Below the pieces are notes generated by a model. The model was not told the DNA's origin and made no database searches. It saw nothing but the letters and a program-made list of their open reading frames with translations. A DNA stretch of 56,675 nt, taken from the NCBI GenBank assembly GCA_913775275.1, contig CAJYIP010000028.1, positions 1 to 56,675 on the forward strand. Reading direction: 5' to 3'. Positions 1 to 8,966 of this stretch are shown here, in pieces. This DNA is from Patescibacteria group bacterium. GTDB taxonomy: Bacteria; Patescibacteriota; Saccharimonadia; Saccharimonadales; Saccharimonadaceae. Made by a program: the position numbers and the translations under genes. Each line of letters opens with the position of its first letter. The stretch's first letter is position 1.

Positions 1-1043
1 GTCGTGTTGAGAATGTAGCTACCAGCAGTCAATTTACCGCTATAAACACGGACGAAGATCAAACGACCAACGAATGGGTCAGTTGCGATCTTGAAAGCGA
101 GCGCAGACAGTGGCTCTGTGTCAGCTGGCTTGCGTTCGATAACGTCACCAGTTTTTGGATTGACACCTTGGATAGCATCGACATCAAGTGGTGATGGTAA
201 GTAGTCGTTCACGAGGTCAAGAACTTTTTCAACGATAACGCCACGGCCGTCTCCACCAGTTACGAGGAAGAAGTCGCCGGCGAGAACACGTGTACGGAGA
301 GCACGCTTGAGTTCTACTTCTGTAATTGATTCTTCGCCTTGTTCGAGGAAACGTTCGAACAGTTCGTCTTCAGCTTCAACAGCCGCTTCAACCAAGAGGC
401 TGCGAGCGTGCTTAGCTTTTTCGAGCATGTCAGCTGGAATTTCGCCTTGAACAAGAGCTTTATCAGTGTAGTCACCGTAAGTGTATGACTTCATGTCGAT
501 GAGGTCGATAAGACCATTGATTTCTTTTTCAAAACCAATTGGCAAGTGCACCGGAAGAGCATGCTTTGAGAGACGGTTGTGAATAGTATCGAGAGATTTG
601 TAGAAGTCACCACCAATTTGGTTGATCTTGTTGATGAAACAGATACGAGGCACACCGTACTTGTTTGCCTGACGCCAGACAGTTTCGGTCTGTGCTTCCA
701 CGCCCATCTTGCCGTCAAAGACAGTCACCGCACCGTCAAGGACACGAAGTGAACGCTCGACTTCGGCCGTAAAGTCAATGTGACCAGGCGTGTCAATGAT
801 ATTGATCTTATGCTCTTTCCAGAACGCCGTGACAGCTGCAGAGGTAATAGTAATACCGCGCTCTTTCTCTTGAGCCATCCAGTCGGTCGTTGCGCCGTCA
901 CCGTCGCCACGGACTTCACCGATCTTGTGGTTGATACCGGTACGGTACAGAATACCTTCGGTGGTTGTGGTTTTACCGGCGTCGATGTGCGCGATAATAC
1001 CGATGTTACGATAATTCTGCAGTGGGACAGCTTTTTGAGCCAT
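1..1043 (-). CDS. fusA: Elongation factor G, N-terminal part (runs off window start)
   Basis: Manual translation from ATG at 1043: [29 protein letters not shown]...[10 protein letters not shown]...[24 protein letters not shown]...NKID; downstream of rpsL-rpsG. Confidence 0.97.
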   Translation of the reverse strand, partial: MAQKAVPLQNYRNIGIIAHIDAGKTTTTEGILYRTGINHKIGEVRGDGDGATTDWMAQEKERGITITSAAVTAFWKEHKINIIDTPGHIDFTAEVERSLRVLDGAVTVFDGKMGVEAQTETVWRQANKYGVPRICFINKINQIGGDFYKSLDTIHNRLSKHALPVHLPIGFEKEINGLIDLIDMKSYTYGDYTDKALVQGEIPADMLEKAKHARSLLVEAAVEAEDELFERFLEQGEESITEVELKRALRTRVLAGDFFLVTGGDGRGVIVEKVLDLVNDYLPSPLDVDAIQGVNPKTGDVIERKPADTEPLSALAFKIATDPFVGRLIFVRVYSGKLTAGSYILNT

Positions 1044-1134
1044 TATCTCTCGTCTCTTTTCTATATTCTAGTGATATTTTTTGCCATAAAAAATAGGGCT
1101 TTAAGTATATTTTAACAGAATTCATCAATTATAT

Positions 1135-2076
1135 CTAGGAGTAATACGCATCTCTTATTGAGTACAGGGCATCAACACTTTCAAGCGGGACGAGTAAATT
1201 CAAGTTGACGTATCGCCTATCCTTATTGATGACTGAAGCATCAACATATAACTGGACGCCGTCTAGTGACGAACCTTCTGCTTTGACGATATGTATGATG
1301 ACGTCATGAATGTCGATGAGTACCGTGTCGTTAAACTTCGCAGCAGCGTATTCTTTATCATCGTCCGTTGCTATAACATCTCCATTAATCTTGCATGAGT
1401 ATGGCACATCGTCATCGATTTGTAGCTTACTCTTTAAATATATACCTATACAGCGCTTTGCCATTTCTGTATCTTCGCGGTCTATGATATCGCTAAAGTC
1501 AAACCCCTTTAGAGCAATCAATGCGTCTGCTTCTGTACCATCTGCGTTCAAAAACGCCATATCAAGATTACTAAAGAGTTCTGGATATATCATTTCAAGC
1601 CACGCTTCCGCTCTTTTCACGTCCACCTGTTTAAAATCAAGGACAACCTCATCCAAGTTTGCCGTTGCAGCTATATGGGTCTTATCGTCTTCGGCATCCA
1701 GCTTTTGCTCGTCTGTCATTGGAACATGAATGAGATATCGTAATTGGTATCCAGATTCTGTCGTATCAGTTTCAACAACAATATACCCACCGAACGAAAC
1801 GTTATCATCGTCTATAAACGCTGCGCTCCTGATTCCCGGAGTGATCATTATATCTATGCGCCCACATACTTCGACCCTCTGACCAATAAGGTGGCGCACT
1901 TCCTTATCTAAACCGGCGACTATCTCATTTAGCTCATCAACATTTGATACACGGACACTGCTAATAATTTCTGCAAACATTTTTGCTTGCTCATTTATAT
2001 GAAGCAAGGACGGATCGGATAAAGCCGTCTCATAGTTCTGAAATTGTTGCTCAAGTGAAGTAGGTAGCTGTTCCAT
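1135..2076 (-). CDS. Hypothetical acidic protein, probable paralog of 3047..4141 and 4192..5214
   Basis: Long ORF; likely start MEQLPTS at 2076; shares LIGxxVxV / FxG / LxY / VP motif order with neighbours. Confidence 0.7.
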   Translation of the reverse strand: MEQLPTSLEQQFQNYETALSDPSLLHINEQAKMFAEIISSVRVSNVDELNEIVAGLDKEVRHLIGQRVEVCGRIDIMITPGIRSAAFIDDDNVSFGGYIVVETDTTESGYQLRYLIHVPMTDEQKLDAEDDKTHIAATANLDEVVLDFKQVDVKRAEAWLEMIYPELFSNLDMAFLNADGTEADALIALKGFDFSDIIDREDTEMAKRCIGIYLKSKLQIDDDVPYSCKINGDVIATDDDKEYAAAKFNDTVLIDIHDVIIHIVKAEGSSLDGVQLYVDASVINKDRRYVNLNLLVPLESVDALYSIRDAYYS

Positions 2077-2129
2077 TTTTGCAGTATTGCATAAAACATA
2101 AATATATAGCAAACATTATCGGCTTCGCG

Positions 2130-2999
2130 CTATGCGACGCAATGACGTTCATGCACATCCATGTCCGATTGGGTGAAACGATAATGATGAGCTGCTACTG
2201 CCTCAGATAGATAATTGAGGAAACGCGATTCTTCTTTGCTCACTCCCAAACCATGTGATTCTGCAATAATAAGCGATAATAAATAATTTACCTTTTTTGA
2301 CAATGAATCGACGGACGCAATATTGTGGGCCCGTAATGCTTTGTCAACAATTGGTTGTAAATATAGTACGGTAATAAACTCGTCGTATGCTTTTTGGGTT
2401 GGAAGCAGCTTTTGTTGAAGCGGTATTTTTCCTGCCTGTTCATAAAAGTAGCTATCGTGATTTATTGCTTGTACGTCTGAGTGTTCTTCGCGAGGCGAGG
2501 TGGGATATAAGAGCAACCACGGCTGCCTCGTCCGTGCGGCGAGCGCCAGTACACCGATTTCGGCCATTCTCCACTGAGGTGGCTCATCAACATCTAGAGG
2601 ACGTAAGTACGCCATTGCCGCTCCGAGGCTCTTATACACATCTTCACAATCACTTTCGATTATGGCTTCATTCAGTGCTCTTTTTCTAAATAAAGGTATA
2701 AAGGTAGAAAGCGTTAGGGCGCCAAGTTTGATGTCTTGATGTGCTTCTTTCCGTCGAAGTACCCACGCAACAAGCATCTGGCTTGTCCCAAAATATTCGT
2801 CCATAGCGCCACCATCTTCAGCACCTCGTATCATGCCGTACTCGACATGGCTCCAAGCAGATTGTAAGTGGCCCGCTGGCTCGGTTCGTGTTTCATATAA
2901 ACGTACTGCAGCCGAAGCTAACTCCGGCCGCATATGCTCTGCAAGTGGCTCAATTCGGCGACGAGCAACCTCGTGTACGCGTGTTTGTGCTTCTCTCAT
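2130..2999 (-). CDS. Hypothetical protein, possible PD-(D/E)XK nuclease-like fold
   Basis: ~290-aa ORF; motif order E(IGV)...NHDSYF...IPLQQK resembles a D...(Q/E)xK nuclease core. Confidence 0.6.
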   Translation of the reverse strand: MREAQTRVHEVARRRIEPLAEHMRPELASAAVRLYETRTEPAGHLQSAWSHVEYGMIRGAEDGGAMDEYFGTSQMLVAWVLRRKEAHQDIKLGALTLSTFIPLFRKRALNEAIIESDCEDVYKSLGAAMAYLRPLDVDEPPQWRMAEIGVLALAARTRQPWLLLYPTSPREEHSDVQAINHDSYFYEQAGKIPLQQKLLPTQKAYDEFITVLYLQPIVDKALRAHNIASVDSLSKKVNYLLSLIIAESHGLGVSKEESRFLNYLSEAVAAHHYRFTQSDMDVHERHCVA

Positions 3000-3046
3000 T
3001 TGCTTATGGTTATACAGTATTTTAAGCACTATGAAAATGTTTAATG

Positions 3047-4141
3047 CTATTTTAAATGACGCGCATCGTATTCATGCGAAAGTTCACCGCATGTCTTGGA
3101 GTTCTTGCCGGCAAATCTTCTCGACCCAAGCGACTGTATGGGGCGTGCTTCGTAGCGGATGGCAGCATCCTCGTCAATTTCATCAATACGCGCAAAATAC
3201 CTAAACGGTATAGCGATTTCTTGACGAGCCGTCTCATCGAGAAATACGTAGACGGGTTGAGTGTCCGCGTACAGTTTTGCCGATACGTCTTTACCATCAA
3301 TGCCCTGCACTTCAAAATAAGAACCGTACTGTACCTCGATAGGCTTTACGACTCGGGCGACATTCATATGTTCAAGCGTAACAACTGTATTCCCTTCTTG
3401 GTCGAGATGTTCACTCATATCAATACCACTTACTTCATATAAACGATCACTGTCCAAGCTGCATGTCAGGATAAGTTGTAACGCATTGTTATAGGCATTT
3501 CCTGGAACGACATGATAGTCAGACGATAAGAGCGCAATAGAATGGATAGCGATTGTTTTCATATATGCAGTAAGGTCCTGATCGGTATCCCAAAATGCTT
3601 CCCGAAGTTGCCTCACCGATTGGTTGTAGTCACCATCGTCAATAGATTCAAGCATATCAAATGCCGCTTCTATCTCTTCTTGCCAATTGTCTATTTCCGG
3701 ATAGTGAAGGTGGACATTGCTTCCATCGACAGCAGCCTGTAGGCGTATACCGCCTCTTCGTTCTGATACTTCAACATCGTAAAAAAGTAGTGTCATGGCC
3801 GGGTCATTAATCTGTCTCGCGCGACATCCTTTGAAAATACCGTAATATTCCTTTTGTTGCATCAGATCTTTTTCAAAAACAATCTGTTCATCGACACCCT
3901 GATCGGTAATAGACGTGCCAATAAATATAGGTATTTCCGTTGAAACCGTAACGGGTATACCGATTAATCCTTCGTTTACTAGCCTTCTATTCAATTCTCC
4001 GACCGTCTCATTAGCAGACTCGATGTCCAGATATTCAATTTTTGTAGCAGTTTGCTCGAGCCACCGTCGAACGTATGCATCAAATTGATCGCCTATTTCT
4101 CTGTTTTCAGAATTATTGTGCAAATGGTCAGGCTGACTCAT
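3047..4141 (-). CDS. Hypothetical acidic protein (paralog family)
   Basis: 364-aa ORF, no recognised family. Confidence 0.7.
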   Translation of the reverse strand: MSQPDHLHNNSENREIGDQFDAYVRRWLEQTATKIEYLDIESANETVGELNRRLVNEGLIGIPVTVSTEIPIFIGTSITDQGVDEQIVFEKDLMQQKEYYGIFKGCRARQINDPAMTLLFYDVEVSERRGGIRLQAAVDGSNVHLHYPEIDNWQEEIEAAFDMLESIDDGDYNQSVRQLREAFWDTDQDLTAYMKTIAIHSIALLSSDYHVVPGNAYNNALQLILTCSLDSDRLYEVSGIDMSEHLDQEGNTVVTLEHMNVARVVKPIEVQYGSYFEVQGIDGKDVSAKLYADTQPVYVFLDETARQEIAIPFRYFARIDEIDEDAAIRYEARPIQSLGSRRFAGKNSKTCGELSHEYDARHLK

Positions 4142-4191
4142 AGATTACATACCTTTCGTGTCCGTTTACGTTATCGAATGCCGGCTTGATA

Positions 4192-5214
4192 TTAGCTGTT
4201 TGAATACTCTTGAAGTTCATGAATGGGAACATACGCTATAAAATCGTCTTCTTTTTGAATGAACACTAAATACATTGCTCGCTCACCAAAAGAACGTGTT
4301 CCTCTTTCGGTAAGTTCATATTTCTCTAAAAACATAACACTATCGACATGCTGCTTAAATACCTTAGGTGCCGAATGGACGAGTCTATAGTTTCGGACAC
4401 CAGAGTCACTCATTTTCTCGGGAATCACATAGACAGCCGTCTTTAATGTCGACGTTTGATTCTTTTTGACATATAACGCTACGATATCCGCTAGCATATC
4501 TTCAACTGATTTTCGGATATCGTCATCAACTTCGTTCACAATCTCTTTTGACTTCCACGCCGCATAGCTAAGTACTTTAGCATCCATTGGAGTATGCTCT
4601 AACGATGAAGCGAGATGATATATCTTTTCTCTCAAAAATGGAGCTGTCATAGCCAGGTCTTTGACTATCTCGTCACGTGCATCCATAAAAGTATCTTTAT
4701 CAAATTGGAGTGATGTGATACCGACATCTCCACTAGCAAAACCTTCAACTGTCGCTTGCGGGCTAACTTTTTTACCGACATCTACTTTATATGTTAGTAC
4801 TGGCGTATACACATCAGCTTCGAGAGTCGGTTCGAATCGGACACCAAAGCCCTTGAATCTTCCTCTAGTTAATTGTTCTTCTAATGAGTGTCCGAGAGAT
4901 CCATCATCGAGTGTGCTAGGCTCGACCATTCTAATGGTTGTCGTATTGGACAGTATCGTATGAGTAACTTCAGGAATAAGAATACCCTTACCTATTAACG
5001 CAACCTGTTCAGTTATCAACGCTTCGCTATCTACGCAATGATTTAATAATTTGATATCCTGATTATCCTTCCAAAAATTTGCCGCTTCTTCTGCCGTTAC
5101 TGTCGTGTGAGCATATTTTTCCTGTACCTGCATAGCCTCAAAGAACAACGGATTAAAACCAAGTTTTACCTCGATGTTTGTCGTCGCTATACGTTCAGGA
5201 TTATTTTCTGCCAT
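4192..5214 (-). CDS. Hypothetical protein (paralog family)
   Basis: 340-aa ORF with TGgTATTAT extended -10-like sequence just upstream of ATG. Confidence 0.7.
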   Translation of the reverse strand: MAENNPERIATTNIEVKLGFNPLFFEAMQVQEKYAHTTVTAEEAANFWKDNQDIKLLNHCVDSEALITEQVALIGKGILIPEVTHTILSNTTTIRMVEPSTLDDGSLGHSLEEQLTRGRFKGFGVRFEPTLEADVYTPVLTYKVDVGKKVSPQATVEGFASGDVGITSLQFDKDTFMDARDEIVKDLAMTAPFLREKIYHLASSLEHTPMDAKVLSYAAWKSKEIVNEVDDDIRKSVEDMLADIVALYVKKNQTSTLKTAVYVIPEKMSDSGVRNYRLVHSAPKVFKQHVDSVMFLEKYELTERGTRSFGERAMYLVFIQKEDDFIAYVPIHELQEYSNS

Positions 5215-5264
5215 AGTTTGCGAATAATACCATTAGCACACGTGCTCGTGCAAGCTTAACGGAA

Positions 5265-5298
5265 ATAATAAAACTCCCACGAAAGGGAGTTTTATTAT
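5265..5298 (-). terminator. Intrinsic terminator after rpsG
   Basis: ATAATAAAACTCCC-ACGAAA-GGGAGTTTTATTAT perfect inverted repeat. Confidence 0.85.
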
Positions 5299-5312
5299 AT
5301 GCGCTGGGCAAA

Positions 5313-5792
5313 CTAGCCGCGGGCAAAATGCGCAAATGCGCGGTTGGCTTCGGCCATCTTGTGGGTGTCCTCTTTCTTTTTGAAAGCGGCACCAGTTTCG
5401 TTGAACGCGTCAACGATTTCAAGAGCAAGGCGTTGGCTGTAAGGAATACCTTTACGAGCACGTGCGGCTTGAACGAGCCATGTGAATGCGTAGTGGTGCT
5501 GACGGTGGCCAGCAACTGGGAATGGAATCTGGTAGTTCGCACCACCGACTCGGCGAGATTTCACTTCAAAGTTAGGTGAAACGTTCTTGAGTGCTTTTTC
5601 GAATACTTCGAGTGGGTTCTCACTATCAAGTTTCTTCGCAGCGACTTCGAGTGCGGTGTAGACAGCACGCTCTGCAAGCAGTTTTTTACCATCGAGCATT
5701 GATTTGTTAATCAAACGCTGAACGAGGCCACTTTGGTACATGCGGTCAGGACGTGGAATACGTTGTAGGCTGACAGTTTTCTTACGTGGCAT
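5313..5792 (-). CDS. rpsG: 30S ribosomal protein S7
   Basis: EVKSRRVGGANYQIP, KKKEDTHKMAEANRAFAHF. Confidence 0.98.
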   Translation of the reverse strand: MPRKKTVSLQRIPRPDRMYQSGLVQRLINKSMLDGKKLLAERAVYTALEVAAKKLDSENPLEVFEKALKNVSPNFEVKSRRVGGANYQIPFPVAGHRQHHYAFTWLVQAARARKGIPYSQRLALEIVDAFNETGAAFKKKEDTHKMAEANRAFAHFARG

Positions 5793-5794
5793 GA

Positions 5795-6208
5795 CTACTT
5801 GTCTCCCTTCTTCGCACCGTACTTTGAACGGCCCTTCTTACGGTTATTAACGCCTTGGAGGTCAAGTGCCCCACGAACGATGTGGTAACGAACACCCGGA
5901 AGGTCTGGCACACGTCCACCACGAACAAGCACAACGGCGTGTTCTTGGAGGTTGTGACCTTCACCACCGATGTAGGCCCAGACTTCTTGATTATTCGTCA
6001 AACGAACACGCGCAACCTTACGGAGGGCTGAGTTAGGCTTCTTTGGTGTTTTAGTTGTTACTTTGATACAAACACCACGCTTGAGTGGAGCTTCTTGATC
6101 ATAGTAACGAACTTTCAATGCATTGTGGATACGTCCAAGCGCCGGAGATTTACTTTTCTTATTAGCAATCTGACGAGGCTTACGAACCAATTGGTTGATT
6201 GTAGGCAT
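5795..6208 (-). CDS. rpsL: 30S ribosomal protein S12
   Basis: [43 protein letters not shown]. Confidence 0.98.
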   Translation of the reverse strand: MPTINQLVRKPRQIANKKSKSPALGRIHNALKVRYYDQEAPLKRGVCIKVTTKTPKKPNSALRKVARVRLTNNQEVWAYIGGEGHNLQEHAVVLVRGGRVPDLPGVRYHIVRGALDLQGVNNRKKGRSKYGAKKGDK

Positions 6209-6396
6209 GTAAAAACAAACTTCCTCTTAAAACTTATTGATGCGACGAGAGTGTCGCGGGTGCATAGCCTTAGCAGCAAACTGTACTATGCAGGGTCTGT
6301 CCATCCAAATGTCTTGTACACGTTTCATTTGGTTAACAGACGGAAACTCGCTTTTGATAATAGCATGTTTTCTTGACAATGGCAATCTACTCAATA

Positions 6397-6912
6397 TTAT
6401 GATGCAGTAACCCACCGCCACGAGCCATTATTGTAAAACCATGATGCGCCCGGGTTTGTCATGCCGTTCGCTTCGCACGTCGGTATAAAACTACCAAGTG
6501 ACCCAGCTGCAGCTTGGACTGAACCGTTCTTGAACGCAAATGTCTTGCCTGATTTACTTCCCGCGATAAACATAAATTCGCTCGGTACGGCTGCACGGTA
6601 GCAAAAAAGCATGTTATAGCCATTTGACCCTGATGGCACGTAATGTGTTCCATACGCACTACCGCTCACTCTAAAATCGAGTTTCAACATATCAGCATCA
6701 CTCCCTACCGGTAAGACAGAGTTGAATTCGGCAACGTATGCAGCCGTCTTTTGTCCCATCGCCCGTAGATCCGATTGGATCGCACTATCGTATGCACGTG
6801 CTTGTATACCGTTATACGCAACAATAGTTATCGCCGCTAAAATTGCTATGACAACAATTACTATCAGTAATTCGACAATCGTAAACCCTTTTTGTTTTGC
6901 CCACACGTTCAT
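6397..6912 (-). CDS. Type IV pilin-like protein
   Basis: Class III signal KQKG|FTIVELLIVIVVIAILAAI; start moved to MNVW at 6912 (TGaTAAACT 7 nt upstream); two C-terminal Cys. Confidence 0.9.
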   Translation of the reverse strand: MNVWAKQKGFTIVELLIVIVVIAILAAITIVAYNGIQARAYDSAIQSDLRAMGQKTAAYVAEFNSVLPVGSDADMLKLDFRVSGSAYGTHYVPSGSNGYNMLFCYRAAVPSEFMFIAGSKSGKTFAFKNGSVQAAAGSLGSFIPTCEANGMTNPGASWFYNNGSWRWVTAS

Positions 6913-7120
6913 TGTTCCTAGTTTATCATAAGCGCTATAACTCTTCGAACATTGCGATAACGACCCTTTCATCCTTTTGGAATCATCAGCATAAATACGC
7001 ATTTATGTAGGGTTGAGCGGCATCTGCTCAACATTTTGACTAATGGAGCTGATGCCTATTGAATGGTGAAGACGCCGTTGTCGACACCGTATTCAATTAT
7101 ATGAGTGAGTAGTGATTGAA

Positions 7121-8578
7121 TTATGCCGCTTGTGCGACGGGAGCCGGTGTCGAACTGAGCTCGACTTCGACTTTCTGCCTCGTTCCCCAGCCTGTCTTCC
7201 AACAGGTGGCGATAGCGTAAAGACGCAGCGAACGCAGAACGAATGCCGTCCAGGCCAACATGACCGGAGACAATGCGAACGATAGCACCTGTGAGGGCAC
7301 CGACTGGTCTGACCGTCTGATGGTCAGATAGCGCAACGAGGTCATGTACGCGACCGCAACTGCGAACCCTGCCATCAAAGGCAGGATCAGGATGTTGCCA
7401 ACCGTGAAGGGTGCGAGCAACACCAACCACACGAACACCATCGTCACCAACACGAAGTTGAGCCACGACGCGAAGTGCTCCCAGTAGGCAATGCTCCTAA
7501 CGGGCAGGTAACGGAAACGCCACATCGACCGGATGGTCGAGCCTCGCATCCACCTGAGTTGCTGTCGGAGATGATGAGACACCCGCTCCGGCAGGACCGT
7601 GAACGCGAACGACGTCGGCTGCTGAACTGTTCTGCCCCTTAGGTACGAGAACAGGGTCAGCAACGAGTCATCGGAGAACTCAACCTTGTGACCCATGAAA
7701 TACTCCGACTCATAGGAATGGATCGCCTCCTTAAGGATCGAGGTCCTGTAGAGAGCGAAGTTCCCAGAATTCACGAGCACGCAGCCCATACGACTCATTG
7801 CCGCTCGGACGGCCAGCTGGAAACTGAGCAGCCAAGCATCCGTAAGACGCACCAACTTTGCATCGTTGTTGTAGGCCAAGATGATCGAGGAAACCGATGC
7901 GATACGAGCATCGGCAAATGGCTTGAGCCCTTCTTCGACCGCTCGTCTGTCTGCGACGGTATCCGAATCCATCGTGATCGTGATGTCAGCAGTTGTCTGC
8001 CTGAAGTGAACGAGTTGAGCGCCACGCTTACCAGGGTCAGGGATGTAGTCCCAGATTAGCTGGATTCCACGCTTCGCCTGAATGGCGATTTGGCGATCGA
8101 ACCATTCGCGAACGCTACGCATGCTGTCATCGTCACCCCTGTCACCATTTTCGACGACATGAATGACATTCGGTTTGCGCGTCTGTCGAAACAGCGATCT
8201 GACGGCTCGTTCGAACGCTTCAGGATCTTCACGATGAACAGGGACGACCACACCGACGGTCAGCTTGTTCAGGGCACGTCTTTGGGAGGTGGTTACCTCG
8301 TATCGCTTTTCAGTCCAACTCAGGATGAGATGGAAGATGAGCGAGCCAAATACAAATGCCCATAGCAAACTAAAGTCATTGGCGTCAGTTAATCCCAGCA
8401 CCTTTGCCATGTGCAGTGCAAACCAAAGCACCCCACCGAACAAAATCGGAATACCGATCAGTCCGTAGATGAATCCCGAAACGCGCCATGCGGTCGGAAA
8501 TTCGTCGTCTTTGGCCGGTGGCGGTTTTTCAAACCACCGCAGCGCTGAAACGAACGGATACATTACTAACGTTTTCAC
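7121..8578 (-). CDS. Processive family 2 glycosyltransferase, hyaluronan synthase/NodC-like
   Basis: GKR, DSDT, SGNFALYR, SDD, QQLRW motifs; N- and C-terminal transmembrane segments. Confidence 0.9.
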   Translation of the reverse strand: MKTLVMYPFVSALRWFEKPPPAKDDEFPTAWRVSGFIYGLIGIPILFGGVLWFALHMAKVLGLTDANDFSLLWAFVFGSLIFHLILSWTEKRYEVTTSQRRALNKLTVGVVVPVHREDPEAFERAVRSLFRQTRKPNVIHVVENGDRGDDDSMRSVREWFDRQIAIQAKRGIQLIWDYIPDPGKRGAQLVHFRQTTADITITMDSDTVADRRAVEEGLKPFADARIASVSSIILAYNNDAKLVRLTDAWLLSFQLAVRAAMSRMGCVLVNSGNFALYRTSILKEAIHSYESEYFMGHKVEFSDDSLLTLFSYLRGRTVQQPTSFAFTVLPERVSHHLRQQLRWMRGSTIRSMWRFRYLPVRSIAYWEHFASWLNFVLVTMVFVWLVLLAPFTVGNILILPLMAGFAVAVAYMTSLRYLTIRRSDQSVPSQVLSFALSPVMLAWTAFVLRSLRLYAIATCWKTGWGTRQKVEVELSSTPAPVAQAA

Positions 8579-8599
8579 TGGTTGCCCCCTTATCGAATC

Positions 8600-8830
8600 T
8601 TACGGTCCGTCGGTCTTATTCGACGACGCACTCGACTCGTCGGGCATCGGGTCGATCGCGTTCACGTGAGGACGAAACCGCCGCCGAATAATGATCGCCA
8701 ATGTTCCGACGACCAAGAAAGCGATTGCAAGGAAAAACGATCCTTGCGTTCCGAGAAGGAAAATTCCTCCTGCGCCACCCGTGACGGCGAGGTGCCCAGC
8801 ACCATCTCCATAGTTCATGGATTTATCCAA
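8600..8830 (-). CDS. Small membrane protein consisting mostly of an LAxTG sorting-signal-like segment
   Basis: HLAVTG + Gly-rich linker + hydrophobic helix + RRRFR tail; same strand, 21 bp upstream of the GT2. Confidence 0.65.
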   Translation of the reverse strand: MDKSMNYGDGAGHLAVTGGAGGIFLLGTQGSFFLAIAFLVVGTLAIIIRRRFRPHVNAIDPMPDESSASSNKTDGP

Positions 8831-8919
8831 TCATGTCAATACATACAAGCTAAAAACGATTTCTAGCCTCACCAACCATACCATGAAAGATGACTGAGCG
8901 ATACTATCAATCTTAATAA

Positions 8920-8953
8920 ATAAAATACACCCCGTAACAGGGGTGTATTTTAT
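8920..8953 (-). terminator. Intrinsic terminator after rpoC
   Basis: ATAAAATACACCCC-GTAACA-GGGGTGTATTTTAT. Confidence 0.85.
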
Positions 8954-8966
8954 CGTGATAGACTGC

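Noticed and set aside
491-1115. ORF-track entries 491..718, 725..919, 780..1115
   Set aside because: Alternate-frame or antisense shadows of fusA, which the track misses because it runs off the window
5233-5255. TTAGCAC half-site resembling CIRCE
   Set aside because: No GAGTGCTAA arm at the 9-nt spacing
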